DNA of 64,000 nucleotides, taken from positions 9,273 to 73,272 of the forward strand of contig JBMOFP010000002.1 of NCBI GenBank assembly GCA_049318805.1, read 5' to 3'. Shown here piece by piece: positions 22,194 to 31,272 of this stretch. The translations under genes and the position numbers were made by a program. Positions within the stretch are counted from its first letter, which is position 1; each line of letters begins with the position of its first letter. The notes under the pieces were generated by a model, which saw only the letters and a list, made by a program, of their open reading frames with translations, was not told where the DNA came from and searched no databases. The DNA comes from Bradymonadia bacterium. Lineage in GTDB: Bacteria; Myxococcota_A; Bradymonadia; UBA7976; UBA1532.

Positions 22194-24158
22194 TCAGAGG
22201 CTACGGCCGAGCCGTTCCGCGTCCGCGACCGCCTCGAGGATCGTCGCCGGGTGCCGCGCGTCGCCCAGGAGCACGACGTGGCCGTCGGCGGCCAGCGCCG
22301 CCCAGTCGGTCGGCGCCCGAACGCCGACCGCCACCACCACATGGTCGACCGCGGGCAACGTCTCGGCGGGCCGCCCGCGCCGGTCGACGAGCTGGACGCC
22401 GTCCGGTCCGATTGAACCGAGCGTCCGGCTCGTGTGCACTGAGATGCCGGCCGCTTCGAGACGCGCCTGGAGCAGGGTGCGCACGCTGCTCGGCAATCCG
22501 AGACCCATCTTCGGTCGCTGCTCGACCAGGCTGACCCGGGTGATCGCGGCGCGTGCGCCGAGGGCATCGGCGACCTCGCAGCCCTCCGGCCCGCCCCCGA
22601 GCACGAGCACATGCCCCGAGAGGGCGTCGTTCCCCAGGGCGGCCTCCGGATGCGACACCGCGCCCGCGTGGTCCAGCCCGGGCACGTGCGGCGTCGGTGC
22701 GGGCACGGCGCCGATCGCGACGATGACCTGGTCGTAGCCGGCGGACCAGGCGGCGAAGTCCGCCGGGTGAAGCGGGCGCGAGGTCTCGAGCACTACGCCG
22801 GCGGATTCGGCGTCTCGCACGAGCCACGCCGCATACTCCGCGAAGGTCTCCTTCATCGGCGGCGCCGCGCTCGCCCAGACCTTGCCCCCCGCTCGCACGG
22901 AGGCTTCGGCCACCGTGACGTCATGGCCTCGCCGCGCCAGCCGAGTTGCGCAGGTCAGGCCCGCCGGGCCCCCGCCCACGACGAGCACACGCAGGCGCTT
23001 CGACACCGGCGCGTCCAGCTCGGCGACACGACCGACCTGCGGGTTGACGAGGCAGCGCACGCCGCCGACGGTCACGGACTCCGCGCATCGGTTGCACGCC
23101 ACGCAAGGCCGCACGGCCTCAGGCTGGCCCTCCAGAAGGTGACGCGGCAGATCGGGGTCGGCGATCAGCGCCCGGCCGAACGCGACCAGGTCCGCGTTGC
23201 CCTCGGCCAGCGCACGCTCCGCGACCTCGGGACGTCGAAACCGCCCGACGGCCACCACGGGCACACGCACGCCCCGCGCATGCAGGCCGTGTCGGACCTG
23301 CGCGGCCAGGTCGGCGTAGGTTGCCTCGGCCAGGTAGTACGAGGGCATGTTGTACCGGTAGCTCTCGTAGTTGCACGCGCTCACCGAGAGCGCGTCCGCG
23401 CCCGCGAGCACGAGGCGGTGCGCATACTCGAGGGCCAGGGGCACGGTGATGCCGCCTTCGACGCGTTCGTCGGCGCTGAGCCTGCACTGGAGCGGGAACG
23501 CCGGTCCCACGAGCGCACGGGCGCGGCGGACCACCTCCGTCGCGAAACGCACCCGCCCGTCCAGGTCTCCGCCCCAGCGATCGTCCCGGAAGTTCGAGTA
23601 GGGGCTCAAAAACTGGCACACGAGGTAACCGTGGGCCATGTGGAACTCGACCCCGTCGGCCCCGCTGTCTCGCGCACGCAAAGCGGCGGCGGCGAACGCC
23701 TCCAGCGCCTCCTCGACGTCGGCCTCGTCCATCGCACGGGGCGGGTCGCGCATCACGGGGCAAGGCACGGCGCTCGCCGACACCGGCTGCCCTCCGGCGA
23801 ACTGCGAGACCGTTTGGCGACCTGCGTGGGAGAGCTGCACGAACAGGCGTCCGCCCACCGCATGGACGGCGCTGGCCAGGCCGGCGAACGCCTCGGTGTG
23901 GCGGTCCGAGGTCAACGTCGCCATCCACGGGCTCAGCCGACCCCGCGGATGCACGGCGACGTTGCCCGTGATGACGAGACCCGCGCCCCCGGCCGCGCGG
24001 AGCGCATAGTGCGAGACCATCGCCGGTGTCGGGAGGCCCTCGGCGTCCGCGAGGGACGGATCCATGGCGGGCATGACGATGCGGTTCGGCAGGGTCAGTG
24101 GACCGACCTGGAGCGGCGAGAACAGGTGCGGCCATCGAACGCGGCCGAGCTCCGTCAA
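22194..24158 (-). CDS. 2,4-dienoyl-CoA reductase (FadH)-type flavoenzyme: OYE TIM barrel plus FAD/NAD(P) Rossmann domain; candidate enoyl/dienoyl reductase of the FAS-like operon
   Basis: N-terminus [24 protein letters not shown] aligns to the FadH N-terminus. [25 protein letters not shown] (OYE). CVACNRC 4Fe-4S-like Cys cluster. [14 protein letters not shown] site and second [12 protein letters not shown](P) site. TTG 24158 overlaps the fabG stop; ATG at MPAMD is an alternative start. The 921-aa track ORF upstream of this point is an artefact. Confidence 0.65.
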   Translation of the reverse strand: MTELGRVRWPHLFSPLQVGPLTLPNRIVMPAMDPSLADAEGLPTPAMVSHYALRAAGGAGLVITGNVAVHPRGRLSPWMATLTSDRHTEAFAGLASAVHAVGGRLFVQLSHAGRQTVSQFAGGQPVSASAVPCPVMRDPPRAMDEADVEEALEAFAAAALRARDSGADGVEFHMAHGYLVCQFLSPYSNFRDDRWGGDLDGRVRFATEVVRRARALVGPAFPLQCRLSADERVEGGITVPLALEYAHRLVLAGADALSVSACNYESYRYNMPSYYLAEATYADLAAQVRHGLHARGVRVPVVAVGRFRRPEVAERALAEGNADLVAFGRALIADPDLPRHLLEGQPEAVRPCVACNRCAESVTVGGVRCLVNPQVGRVAELDAPVSKRLRVLVVGGGPAGLTCATRLARRGHDVTVAEASVRAGGKVWASAAPPMKETFAEYAAWLVRDAESAGVVLETSRPLHPADFAAWSAGYDQVIVAIGAVPAPTPHVPGLDHAGAVSHPEAALGNDALSGHVLVLGGGPEGCEVADALGARAAITRVSLVEQRPKMGLGLPSSVRTLLQARLEAAGISVHTSRTLGSIGPDGVQLVDRRGRPAETLPAVDHVVVAVGVRAPTDWAALAADGHVVLLGDARHPATILEAVADAERLGRSL

Positions 24159-24886
24159 AGCGAGACTCCGCCGTCGACCGCGAGCACCTGCCCTGTGACG
24201 TAGGTGGCGTCGGGTCCGAGCAAAAACGCGACGACCCCGGCGACCTCGTCGGCCCGCCCGTAGCGCCGCATCGGGATCCCCGCGAGGATCTCCTTGCCCG
24301 CCGCCTCTCGCACTCGGGCGCTCATTTCGGTCTCGATGAGGCCGGGCGCGACGGCGTTGACGGTGATCTTCTTCGGTGCGAGCTCGACGGCGAGCGCGCG
24401 GGTCAGAGCCTCGAGACCGCCCTTGCTCGCGGCGTAGTTCGCCTGGCCCCGATTGGGCCGGCGCGCCGCGGTGCTGCTGACGTTCACGATCCGCCCCGAC
24501 CGTCGCATCAGCATGTGCCGCGCGGCCGCCCGACTCAGCCAGAAGGCGGCGTCGAGGTTCGTGCGCAGCGTCTGGTGCCACTCCTCGTCCGTCATGGTGA
24601 GGGCCAGGTTGTCGGCCGTGACCCCCGCGTTGTTCACCAGCGCGTCGATGCCGCCAAAGTGTGTCACACACGCCTCGACACAGGCCGCGGCTGCGGACGC
24701 GTCCGCGACGTCCGCGGCGTGGAGGGCCACGACCGCCCCGAGGGCCTCGCACGCTGCGCGGACCTCCTGGGCCTCGGCCTCGCGACTGCGGTAGACCAGC
24801 AGGAGCCGGGCGTCGGGCGTGCGCGCGAGGCGCTCGGCGATGGCGCGTCCGATGCCACGACTGGCGCCGGTGACGAGGGTGATCAT
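24155..24886 (-). CDS. fabG: 3-oxoacyl-ACP reductase
   Basis: SDR with [16 protein letters not shown], catalytic YAASKGG. 243 aa. Confidence 0.85.
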   Translation of the reverse strand: MITLVTGASRGIGRAIAERLARTPDARLLLVYRSREAEAQEVRAACEALGAVVALHAADVADASAAAACVEACVTHFGGIDALVNNAGVTADNLALTMTDEEWHQTLRTNLDAAFWLSRAAARHMLMRRSGRIVNVSSTAARRPNRGQANYAASKGGLEALTRALAVELAPKKITVNAVAPGLIETEMSARVREAAGKEILAGIPMRRYGRADEVAGVVAFLLGPDATYVTGQVLAVDGGVSL

Positions 24887-26139
24887 CGTTCAATCTCCAG
24901 GGCGAGCATCGCGGTTTGCCCTCCGAGGCCGGCGGCATGAACGATGCCCCGGCGGCCACTCACCTCTCGAGGGGTGCCTTTGACCAGGTCGAGGCCACGG
25001 CAAGGGGCATCGACTTCGTCCAGACCACCGACGGGCGGAATCCGCCCGGCGCGCATCCCGACCAGGAGCGCCGCGGTCGACAGCGCGCCGGCCGCGGCGA
25101 GGGCGTGTCCGAGCTGCCCCTTGTCGGCGGCGATCACGGGTGAGCGGCCCCCAAAGACACGGCCGAAGACCTCGGACTCCACCCGGTCGAAGAGCGGGTT
25201 CGCGTTCCCGTGGGCTTGCACCACGTCGACCGACTCCGGCGCCCAGTCGGCGACCTCGAGCGCGCGCCTCAGCGCGGCCTCGACCGCGGTCGGATCGGCG
25301 CCGCTCAAGCCCCTGAGACCGGTCGCGGTGCCATACCCGCAGACCCGCGCCAGCACACGGGCGCCGCGGCTCCGCGCGACCTCCTCGCGCTCGAGGACAA
25401 AAAAGGCGGCGCCCTCCCCGGGCACGAAGCCGTCGTGGCGCGCGTCGAAGGGGCGTGTGTGGCCGGCGTTGGACAGCACCCCGAGGCGTCCGAAGCCGGT
25501 GAAGTGCTCCGGATTGACGGCGCTGTCGGCGCCCCCGGCGATGAGCACGTCCGCGCGACCCTCGGCGAGGGCCCATGCGGCCTCGCCCAGCGCCTGAAGC
25601 GCGCCCACCCCCGTGTTGCAGTAGTTCTGGTTGATGCCGCGGGCGTCGTGCTGGGCGCTGGCGTACCCCAGCACGTTGTTGGACAAGCCCTTGAGGAGCC
25701 AAAGAGGGTTGACGATGGGCATGCCCTCCTGCGCGAAGCGGACGGGGTCCCAGCCGCCGTCCGCCCCGCGGCCCCGCTCGACGGCGGGCACCAGGTCGCC
25801 CAGCTCGCCGAAGGCGGTCCCCGCGCCGACAAAGAGGCCGAGTCGTTCCGGATCGACGCTCCCCGGGGGCAGCGCGGCGTCCTGGAGGGCGAGCTTGACC
25901 GCCGCGAGCCCGTAGAGCACGGCGGGGGTCATCAAACGCAGGTTCTTTCGGTTCTCCACCCACGCCTTCGGGTCGAAGTCGGGGACGGTGGCCGCCGCGG
26001 TGCACGGGAACGGCGAGGCCTCGAAACGCGTGACGGGACGTGCCGCGACCCGGCCCTCGAGGAGACCCGCGAGGAGCGTGTCGGCCGACTGGCCGAGTGG
26101 GCTCACGACTCCGAGACCCGTCAGCACGACGCCCTTCAT
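24883..26139 (-). CDS. beta-ketoacyl synthase family protein lacking the canonical active-site Cys (chain-length-factor/KS-beta-like)
   Basis: Starts [16 protein letters not shown] after GAGGAAAAACC. Segment [14 protein letters not shown] has Gly where FabF has Cys, with a Cys 3 residues upstream. His motifs retained ([20 protein letters not shown]). ATGA overlap with fabD. Confidence 0.7.
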   Translation of the reverse strand: MKGVVLTGLGVVSPLGQSADTLLAGLLEGRVAARPVTRFEASPFPCTAAATVPDFDPKAWVENRKNLRLMTPAVLYGLAAVKLALQDAALPPGSVDPERLGLFVGAGTAFGELGDLVPAVERGRGADGGWDPVRFAQEGMPIVNPLWLLKGLSNNVLGYASAQHDARGINQNYCNTGVGALQALGEAAWALAEGRADVLIAGGADSAVNPEHFTGFGRLGVLSNAGHTRPFDARHDGFVPGEGAAFFVLEREEVARSRGARVLARVCGYGTATGLRGLSGADPTAVEAALRRALEVADWAPESVDVVQAHGNANPLFDRVESEVFGRVFGGRSPVIAADKGQLGHALAAAGALSTAALLVGMRAGRIPPVGGLDEVDAPCRGLDLVKGTPREVSGRRGIVHAAGLGGQTAMLALEIER

Positions 26140-27101
26140 GGTTTTTCCTCTGCCTGCGAAGGTGAATCGGAAGCGTCGAGCGCCCGGAGGAGTCCGTCGA
26201 GGTCGCTGGCCTCGTCGAAGCTCGCGACCTGCGCCCGGCGGGCGAGGCGCTTGACGTGGGTCAGGTTGCTTCGGCCCGGACCCAGGTGCCAGAAGCGGTC
26301 GATGCCGCGCTCGAGCATCTGCTCGAGGCTCTGGCGCCATCGCACCGCACCGACGACCTGGGCGACGAGTCGCGCGCGCACTGTGTCCGGTGCCGCGGCC
26401 ACGAGCCAGGCCGCGTCCACGTTGGCGACATAGTCCAGGGTGGCGGTGCGCATCTGGACCGCGCTCAGGGCGGCTTCCAGCTCGACGGCGGCCGGCGCGA
26501 GCATCCTCGAGTGGAACGGGGCCGACACCGCGAGCGGGGTGACGAGCGCGCCCTCGGCCTCCAGGCGCGCGCTCACGGTGTGGACCGTCGTCGCCTCTCC
26601 GCTGAGGACGACGAGACCCGGCGCGTTGTACGCGGCCACGTCGCAAACGCCGTCCGCAGCCGCGCACGCTGCTTCCACGACGGCCTCGTCGACGCGCTGA
26701 ACGGCGGCCATCGCGCCCACACCCTCCGCGACCGCCCGCTGCATCGCCTGCCCGCGCAAGCGGGTGAGTCGAACCGCGTCCGCCAGGTCGAGGACCTCGG
26801 CGGCCACCAACGCGCCGTACTCCCCCAGGGAGTGTCCGGCCACGACCGTGGGCCGGAAGCCGCGCGCCCGAAGGACCGCCCAGGCGGCGCAGGCCACGGT
26901 GAGCACGGCCGGCTGCGTGTTCTCCGTCTGCGTGAGCGTGCTCTCGGGGCCCTCGAAGATGAGCCGCGTCAGGTCGAAGCCCAGGGCGGCGTCGGCCGCT
27001 TCGAAGACGGCCCGGGCCTCGGGGAATCGGGCGTGGAGGACGCGGCCCATGCCCACGTACTGCGTTCCCTGGCCGGCGAAGAGCAGGGCCGTCGGCGTCA
27101 C
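26136..27101 (-). CDS. fabD: malonyl-CoA:ACP transacylase
   Basis: LLFAGQGTQYVGMG, GHSLGEY active-site Ser. GTG start overlapping the upstream stop. The first 69 residues of the track ORF are an artefact. Confidence 0.85.
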   Translation of the reverse strand: MTPTALLFAGQGTQYVGMGRVLHARFPEARAVFEAADAALGFDLTRLIFEGPESTLTQTENTQPAVLTVACAAWAVLRARGFRPTVVAGHSLGEYGALVAAEVLDLADAVRLTRLRGQAMQRAVAEGVGAMAAVQRVDEAVVEAACAAADGVCDVAAYNAPGLVVLSGEATTVHTVSARLEAEGALVTPLAVSAPFHSRMLAPAAVELEAALSAVQMRTATLDYVANVDAAWLVAAAPDTVRARLVAQVVGAVRWRQSLEQMLERGIDRFWHLGPGRSNLTHVKRLARRAQVASFDEASDLDGLLRALDASDSPSQAEEKP

Positions 27102-29350
27102 GCGAGCGCTCCGCGCGGATCGAGGCGTTCGGCCGAGGCGAGCAGCAGCACGGCGTTCTGCCCCCCGAATCCGAAAGAATTGCTCATGATCACATGAGGT
27201 TGCGACACGCGGCCCTCGGCCGGCACGAGGTCGACCTCGATGCGCGGGTCTGGATTCTCGAGCCCGACACCGGGGGGCAGACGCCCGCCACGCAGGGCCG
27301 CGACACACGCCAAGAGCTCGACCGCCCCGGCGGCGGCGATGGTGTGACCGACCTGGCCCTTCGTGCTGCTCACGGCGGGCCCGTGGGCCCCGAAGACCGC
27401 GCGAATCGCCGCGGCCTCGGTCACATCGTTCAAGGGGGTGCCCGTGCCGTGGGCGTTCACGTAGTCCACGTGTTCCGGTCGGACGTCGGCGTCCGTGAGC
27501 GCGCGATTCATGGCGAGCCGAGCGCCCAGGCCCTCGGGGTGGGGCGCCGTCACGTTGTGGGCATCGCCACTCGTGCCGTGACCCAGCAGGACGGCGAGCG
27601 GGGTGCGCCCTTCGGCCAGGACCCGGTCGAGGGGCTCGAGCACGTAGAAGGCGGCGCCCTCACCCATGACAAAGCCCGCGCGGGCGCGGTCGAAGGGGCG
27701 CGCGGCCCGAAAGGGATCGGTCTCGGCCGAGGTTGCGCCCAGGAGCATGAACGGCAGCAAGCCGAAGGGGTGGATCATGCTGTCGGCGCCGCCGGCGAGG
27801 GCGACGTCGACCTCGCCGCTGCGCACCCGGTCGACGGCGTGCCCGATCGCCGCGGCCGCAGCCGCGCACGCGCTGAAGTGGACGTCGAAGGGGCCCGTGA
27901 CGTCGAGGTGTCGACGCAGGGCGCGCAGGGGGGCGGTCACGGCGTGGCGCCTCGGGGCCTGGGCCGAAGCACGCAGACCGGCCCTCGCGAACGCGGCGTA
28001 GTCGAAGCGACCGTCGTCTCCGAGAAACGGCAGGCAGTCCTCGGAGAGCTCGCGCAGGCTCACGCTCGAGAGGCCGGTGCCGTAGGCGATCGCGGTGTCG
28101 GTCGGGAGCGGGCGCCCGCGGGACACCACCGCGTCCAGCGCAGCCGCCAGGGCCAGCGCGCCCTTCCGGTCGTCCAGGCCCACGACGCTCTCGTGGAGCG
28201 CCTCGGGCAGTGCCGCGAGCAGCGCAGCGGTGGAGGTCTCGATTTCACAGGCGAGGCGGGTGGGGAACGGCGTCGCGTCGAAGGCCCGGATCGGGGCGAC
28301 GGCCGAAGAGCCCCCAAGGACGCGGGTCGAGAACGCCTCGAGTGTATGCCCGAGGGGCGTCCGCAGACCGATGCCCGTGATGGCGACGACGCGGCGTGGC
28401 GTGCCGCGGACGTGGGCCACGGGCGCGGCGACGCGCGCGGAGGACGAGGCGCCTTCGTCCAACCAGCGCACCCCGAGCCGGTCGGGCTGGGGCCCTGCGA
28501 GAAGCACCAGCAGCGCGTCGGGCGTGCCACACGAGATCCCCTGGAGCGGCTTCGCGGTGTTCGTCGCCTTGGCCGGTCGCTCATCATCAAGGGTCACGTG
28601 GCCGCGCACCCGCGCGCCCCGCGCCGCGGCCAGTTCAGCCGTCTCGAGCACAAAAAAAACGGCGGCCTCGGAGATCGGTCCGGGGCACCCCTCGCGCAGC
28701 GCGGTGACCCTTCCGGCGAAGTCGAGGTGGGCATCCGCGGCCCCCACGAGGCACATCGTCGCGCGACCCGTTTCCAGGGTGCGAACGGCCTCGGCCAGGG
28801 CCCCCAGGCCCGCGGCGGCGTCGTCCGTCAGGGTCATGCCGGGACCGCGTAACCCCAGCGTGATGCCGACGTGCGCGAAGGTCATGTTCGGCAGCGTCTT
28901 GATCGACGCCAGCGGATTCATCCGGTGCATGCCCACGCCGGCGAGGTGGCTGAGCGAGACATGGGTCGGGTCGTCCTCGGACCGCGCGTGGGCCAACGCG
29001 TCGCGCACGTCGTCGAGGTTGCCGGGCTCGCGGCCGGCCGCGACGAAGAGCCCGGCACCCTCGAGGCGCGGGTCGTCCTCGGTGAGGCCCGCGTCGGCCA
29101 CGGCGCGGCGCGCGGCCGCGACCGCGAGCACGTTCGCCCGCGCCATCAAGCGGACGTCCTTGCGGCGCCGAACCGACGCTTCCGGATCGGGCCCGGGCGC
29201 AAGGGGTACGGCCGGGAACGGCGCGCCCGGCCAGTCCGCGACGTCCAGCGCGCGCGCGGCGGGGGGCGCGAGGGCGAGCGCCGCTCGGAAGGTCTCGAGG
29301 TCGTGCCCCCAGGGGGAGACGAGCCCGACCCCTGTGACGACGATGCTCAC
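27098..29350 (-). CDS. two-domain condensing enzyme: N-terminal degenerate KS-like domain (no Cys, no His motifs) fused to C-terminal complete beta-ketoacyl synthase (KAS I/II type)
   Basis: GTG start VSIVVTGVGLVSP overlapping the KAS II stop. Domain 1 has GLRGPGMTLTDDAAAG where FabF has GLRGPSISIATACTSG (Cys to Ala), and lacks HGTGT/GH. Domain 2 (from VVAITGIGLRTPLG) has FSACAAAAAAIGHA, NAHGTGTPLND, GQVGHTIAAAG, NSFGFGGQN. No stop between domains. Confidence 0.65.
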   Translation of the reverse strand: MSIVVTGVGLVSPWGHDLETFRAALALAPPAARALDVADWPGAPFPAVPLAPGPDPEASVRRRKDVRLMARANVLAVAAARRAVADAGLTEDDPRLEGAGLFVAAGREPGNLDDVRDALAHARSEDDPTHVSLSHLAGVGMHRMNPLASIKTLPNMTFAHVGITLGLRGPGMTLTDDAAAGLGALAEAVRTLETGRATMCLVGAADAHLDFAGRVTALREGCPGPISEAAVFFVLETAELAAARGARVRGHVTLDDERPAKATNTAKPLQGISCGTPDALLVLLAGPQPDRLGVRWLDEGASSSARVAAPVAHVRGTPRRVVAITGIGLRTPLGHTLEAFSTRVLGGSSAVAPIRAFDATPFPTRLACEIETSTAALLAALPEALHESVVGLDDRKGALALAAALDAVVSRGRPLPTDTAIAYGTGLSSVSLRELSEDCLPFLGDDGRFDYAAFARAGLRASAQAPRRHAVTAPLRALRRHLDVTGPFDVHFSACAAAAAAIGHAVDRVRSGEVDVALAGGADSMIHPFGLLPFMLLGATSAETDPFRAARPFDRARAGFVMGEGAAFYVLEPLDRVLAEGRTPLAVLLGHGTSGDAHNVTAPHPEGLGARLAMNRALTDADVRPEHVDYVNAHGTGTPLNDVTEAAAIRAVFGAHGPAVSSTKGQVGHTIAAAGAVELLACVAALRGGRLPPGVGLENPDPRIEVDLVPAEGRVSQPHVIMSNSFGFGGQNAVLLLASAERLDPRGALA

Positions 29351-30627
29351 GCTTCCCAGCGACCGACGGCCAACGTCCCGTTGCTGCCGCCGAAGCCGAA
29401 CGCGTTGGTCAGCGCCAGACGTACGTCCACGGCGCGGGCCTCTCCGGGCACGTAGTCCAGGTCGCAGAGCGGGTCCGCATGTCGCAGATTCAGGGTCGGG
29501 GGCACGACGCCGTGCCGGATGGCCTGAATGCACGCGATGAGCTCGACCGCGCCGCACGCCGCGACGAGGTGACCCATCATGGACTTCGTCGACGAGACGG
29601 CGACCCGGTAGGCATGGTCGCCCAAGGCCCCCTTGATGCCCGCGGTCTCCGAGATGTCGTTCTGCTGGGTGCTGGTGCCGTGGGCGTTGATGTAGCTCAC
29701 GTCCTCCGGGCGCGCCCCGGCGTCCCACAGCGCCATCTGCATGGACTGGCGGGCTCCACGGCCGTCCGGGGGGCTGTCGGTGATGCGCCACGCGTTCGCG
29801 GAGCAGCCGTAACCCAGCAACTCCGCGTGGATGCGGGCGCCGCGGGCCAGGGCGTGCTCGAGGCGCTCGAGGACCACGAAGCCGGCCCCTTCACCCAAAA
29901 CGAAGCCATCGCGTGTCCGGTCGAACGGCCTCGAGGCGCCCGCGGGGTCGTCGTTGCGGGTCGAGAGCGCGCCGAGCAGGCCGAAGCCCGTCAGCATGAG
30001 CTCCTCGACGAGTCGGTCCGTGCCCCCGGCGAGCATGACGTCCGCATCCCCGCGTCGCAGCACGCGGAGCGCGTCGCCGATGGACTGCGCGCTGCTGGTG
30101 CACGCGGTGCTCGTCGTGAGGTTCGGGCCCGAGGCGCCGTGCAGGTGGGCGACCAGCGTCGCGGGGAAAAACGGCCCCATGACCAGGAAGTCCTTGGGGT
30201 CGACGGCGGAGTAAGCCTCGGCCGGGGTGCCGCGGGCGAAGTCGGCGAGGCGCTCGGACACGGTCTGGAGGTCGGGTCGAGAGGCCTCCGCACCTACGGA
30301 GACGCCGAAGCGGAGCGGGTTGAGGTCCCCGCGCGCAAGCCCGGCGTCCGCCATGGCTTCCGCGGCGGAGACCGCGGCGAGGGTCGACTTCGGATCGGAC
30401 CACCGCGCGTAGCGCCCCGGCAGCTCCAGGGTCGGCAGCGCGGCGACCTCGGCGGCGAAACGCGTGGGGAAACCCGAGGCGTCGAAACGTGTCACCGGAC
30501 CCACGGCGGACCGCCCCGCGACCAGGCCGGCCCAGGTGCTCTCGACCGTGCCCCCGAGCGGGGTGACGCAGCCCAGCCCGGTCACGACCACCCGTGCGCG
30601 ACCGTGTGCGTCGACCTGCCGACTCAT
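29347..30627 (-). CDS. fabF: beta-ketoacyl-ACP synthase II
   Basis: RVVVTGLGCVTPLG, active site TSTACTSS, NAHGTSTQQND, SMMGHLVAACG, NAFGFGGSN. ATG 30627 overlaps the fabZ-like stop. Confidence 0.8.
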   Translation of the reverse strand: MSRQVDAHGRARVVVTGLGCVTPLGGTVESTWAGLVAGRSAVGPVTRFDASGFPTRFAAEVAALPTLELPGRYARWSDPKSTLAAVSAAEAMADAGLARGDLNPLRFGVSVGAEASRPDLQTVSERLADFARGTPAEAYSAVDPKDFLVMGPFFPATLVAHLHGASGPNLTTSTACTSSAQSIGDALRVLRRGDADVMLAGGTDRLVEELMLTGFGLLGALSTRNDDPAGASRPFDRTRDGFVLGEGAGFVVLERLEHALARGARIHAELLGYGCSANAWRITDSPPDGRGARQSMQMALWDAGARPEDVSYINAHGTSTQQNDISETAGIKGALGDHAYRVAVSSTKSMMGHLVAACGAVELIACIQAIRHGVVPPTLNLRHADPLCDLDYVPGEARAVDVRLALTNAFGFGGSNGTLAVGRWEA

Positions 30628-31166
30628 GGTGCGGGGCCTCCTCGGGTGGCGGCATCCCAGGCCGCGTAGCCTGGCCACAGCAGGCGAAGATTCTCGCGCT
30701 CGAGGCGCTCCAGTCGTTCCTGAGCCTCGCGTGTGTCCAGATCACCCGGGTTGAAAACGAAGACGAGCTCCGCCTCCGTGGTGATCTTGCCCTCGAGTCT
30801 CGCCTCGGCTTTGCAAATGGCGGATTCGTCGCGCAGCTCGACCAGCCGGGTCTCCAAGGAAAGGAGGTGCCCGGGCGCCACGAAGCGCCGGAACTTCGCC
30901 TTCTTCACGATGCTGATGATCGGCCAGACCCAGCGCCCCTGGCGCTCGAAGACCGTCACCTCGATCAGCTTGCCCGAGGTCTGCGCCAGCGCCTCGATTT
31001 GCAAGACGCCCGGCAAAACCGGGAAGCCCGGGAAGTGGTCCGCGAAGAAGTCCTCGCTCGACGCGACGGCTTTGTGCCCGACGGCCCGTTCGCCCGGCTG
31101 GAGTTCAGAGATACGGTCGAGGAAGGCCCAGCGCATGACGGCGGAACTTAGAACTTCATCGGGCAC
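30624..31166 (-). CDS. fabZ: 3-hydroxyacyl-ACP dehydratase, FabZ-type hotdog
   Basis: FLDRISEL..GERAVGHKAV..EDFFADHFPGFPVLPGVLQIEALAQ matches the FabZ His/Glu active-site motif. First gene of the minus-strand operon. GTG start. Confidence 0.75.
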   Translation of the reverse strand: MPDEVLSSAVMRWAFLDRISELQPGERAVGHKAVASSEDFFADHFPGFPVLPGVLQIEALAQTSGKLIEVTVFERQGRWVWPIISIVKKAKFRRFVAPGHLLSLETRLVELRDESAICKAEARLEGKITTEAELVFVFNPGDLDTREAQERLERLERENLRLLWPGYAAWDAATRGGPAP

Positions 31167-31272
31167 CGTTCAACGTTGGTGTGCCCGCGCCCCACGATCT
31201 TCCGTTGACCCTGGGCGCTCGACGCGGGCAGGGTAACGACACGTCGACCGGGTGGCGTGCGAGGAGTCGAAG

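Noticed and set aside
22194-24959. 921-aa single ORF in the six-frame track
   Set aside because: The N-terminal 267 residues are an Arg-rich alternate frame overlapping fabG. The real FadH-like gene begins near 24158. fabG occupies 24155..24886 in another frame.
27098-29350. Interpreting the 750-aa reading frame as two separate KS genes
   Set aside because: No stop codon separates the halves and the upstream gene overlaps by GTGA. A sequencing frameshift cannot be excluded without reads, so it is flagged rather than split.
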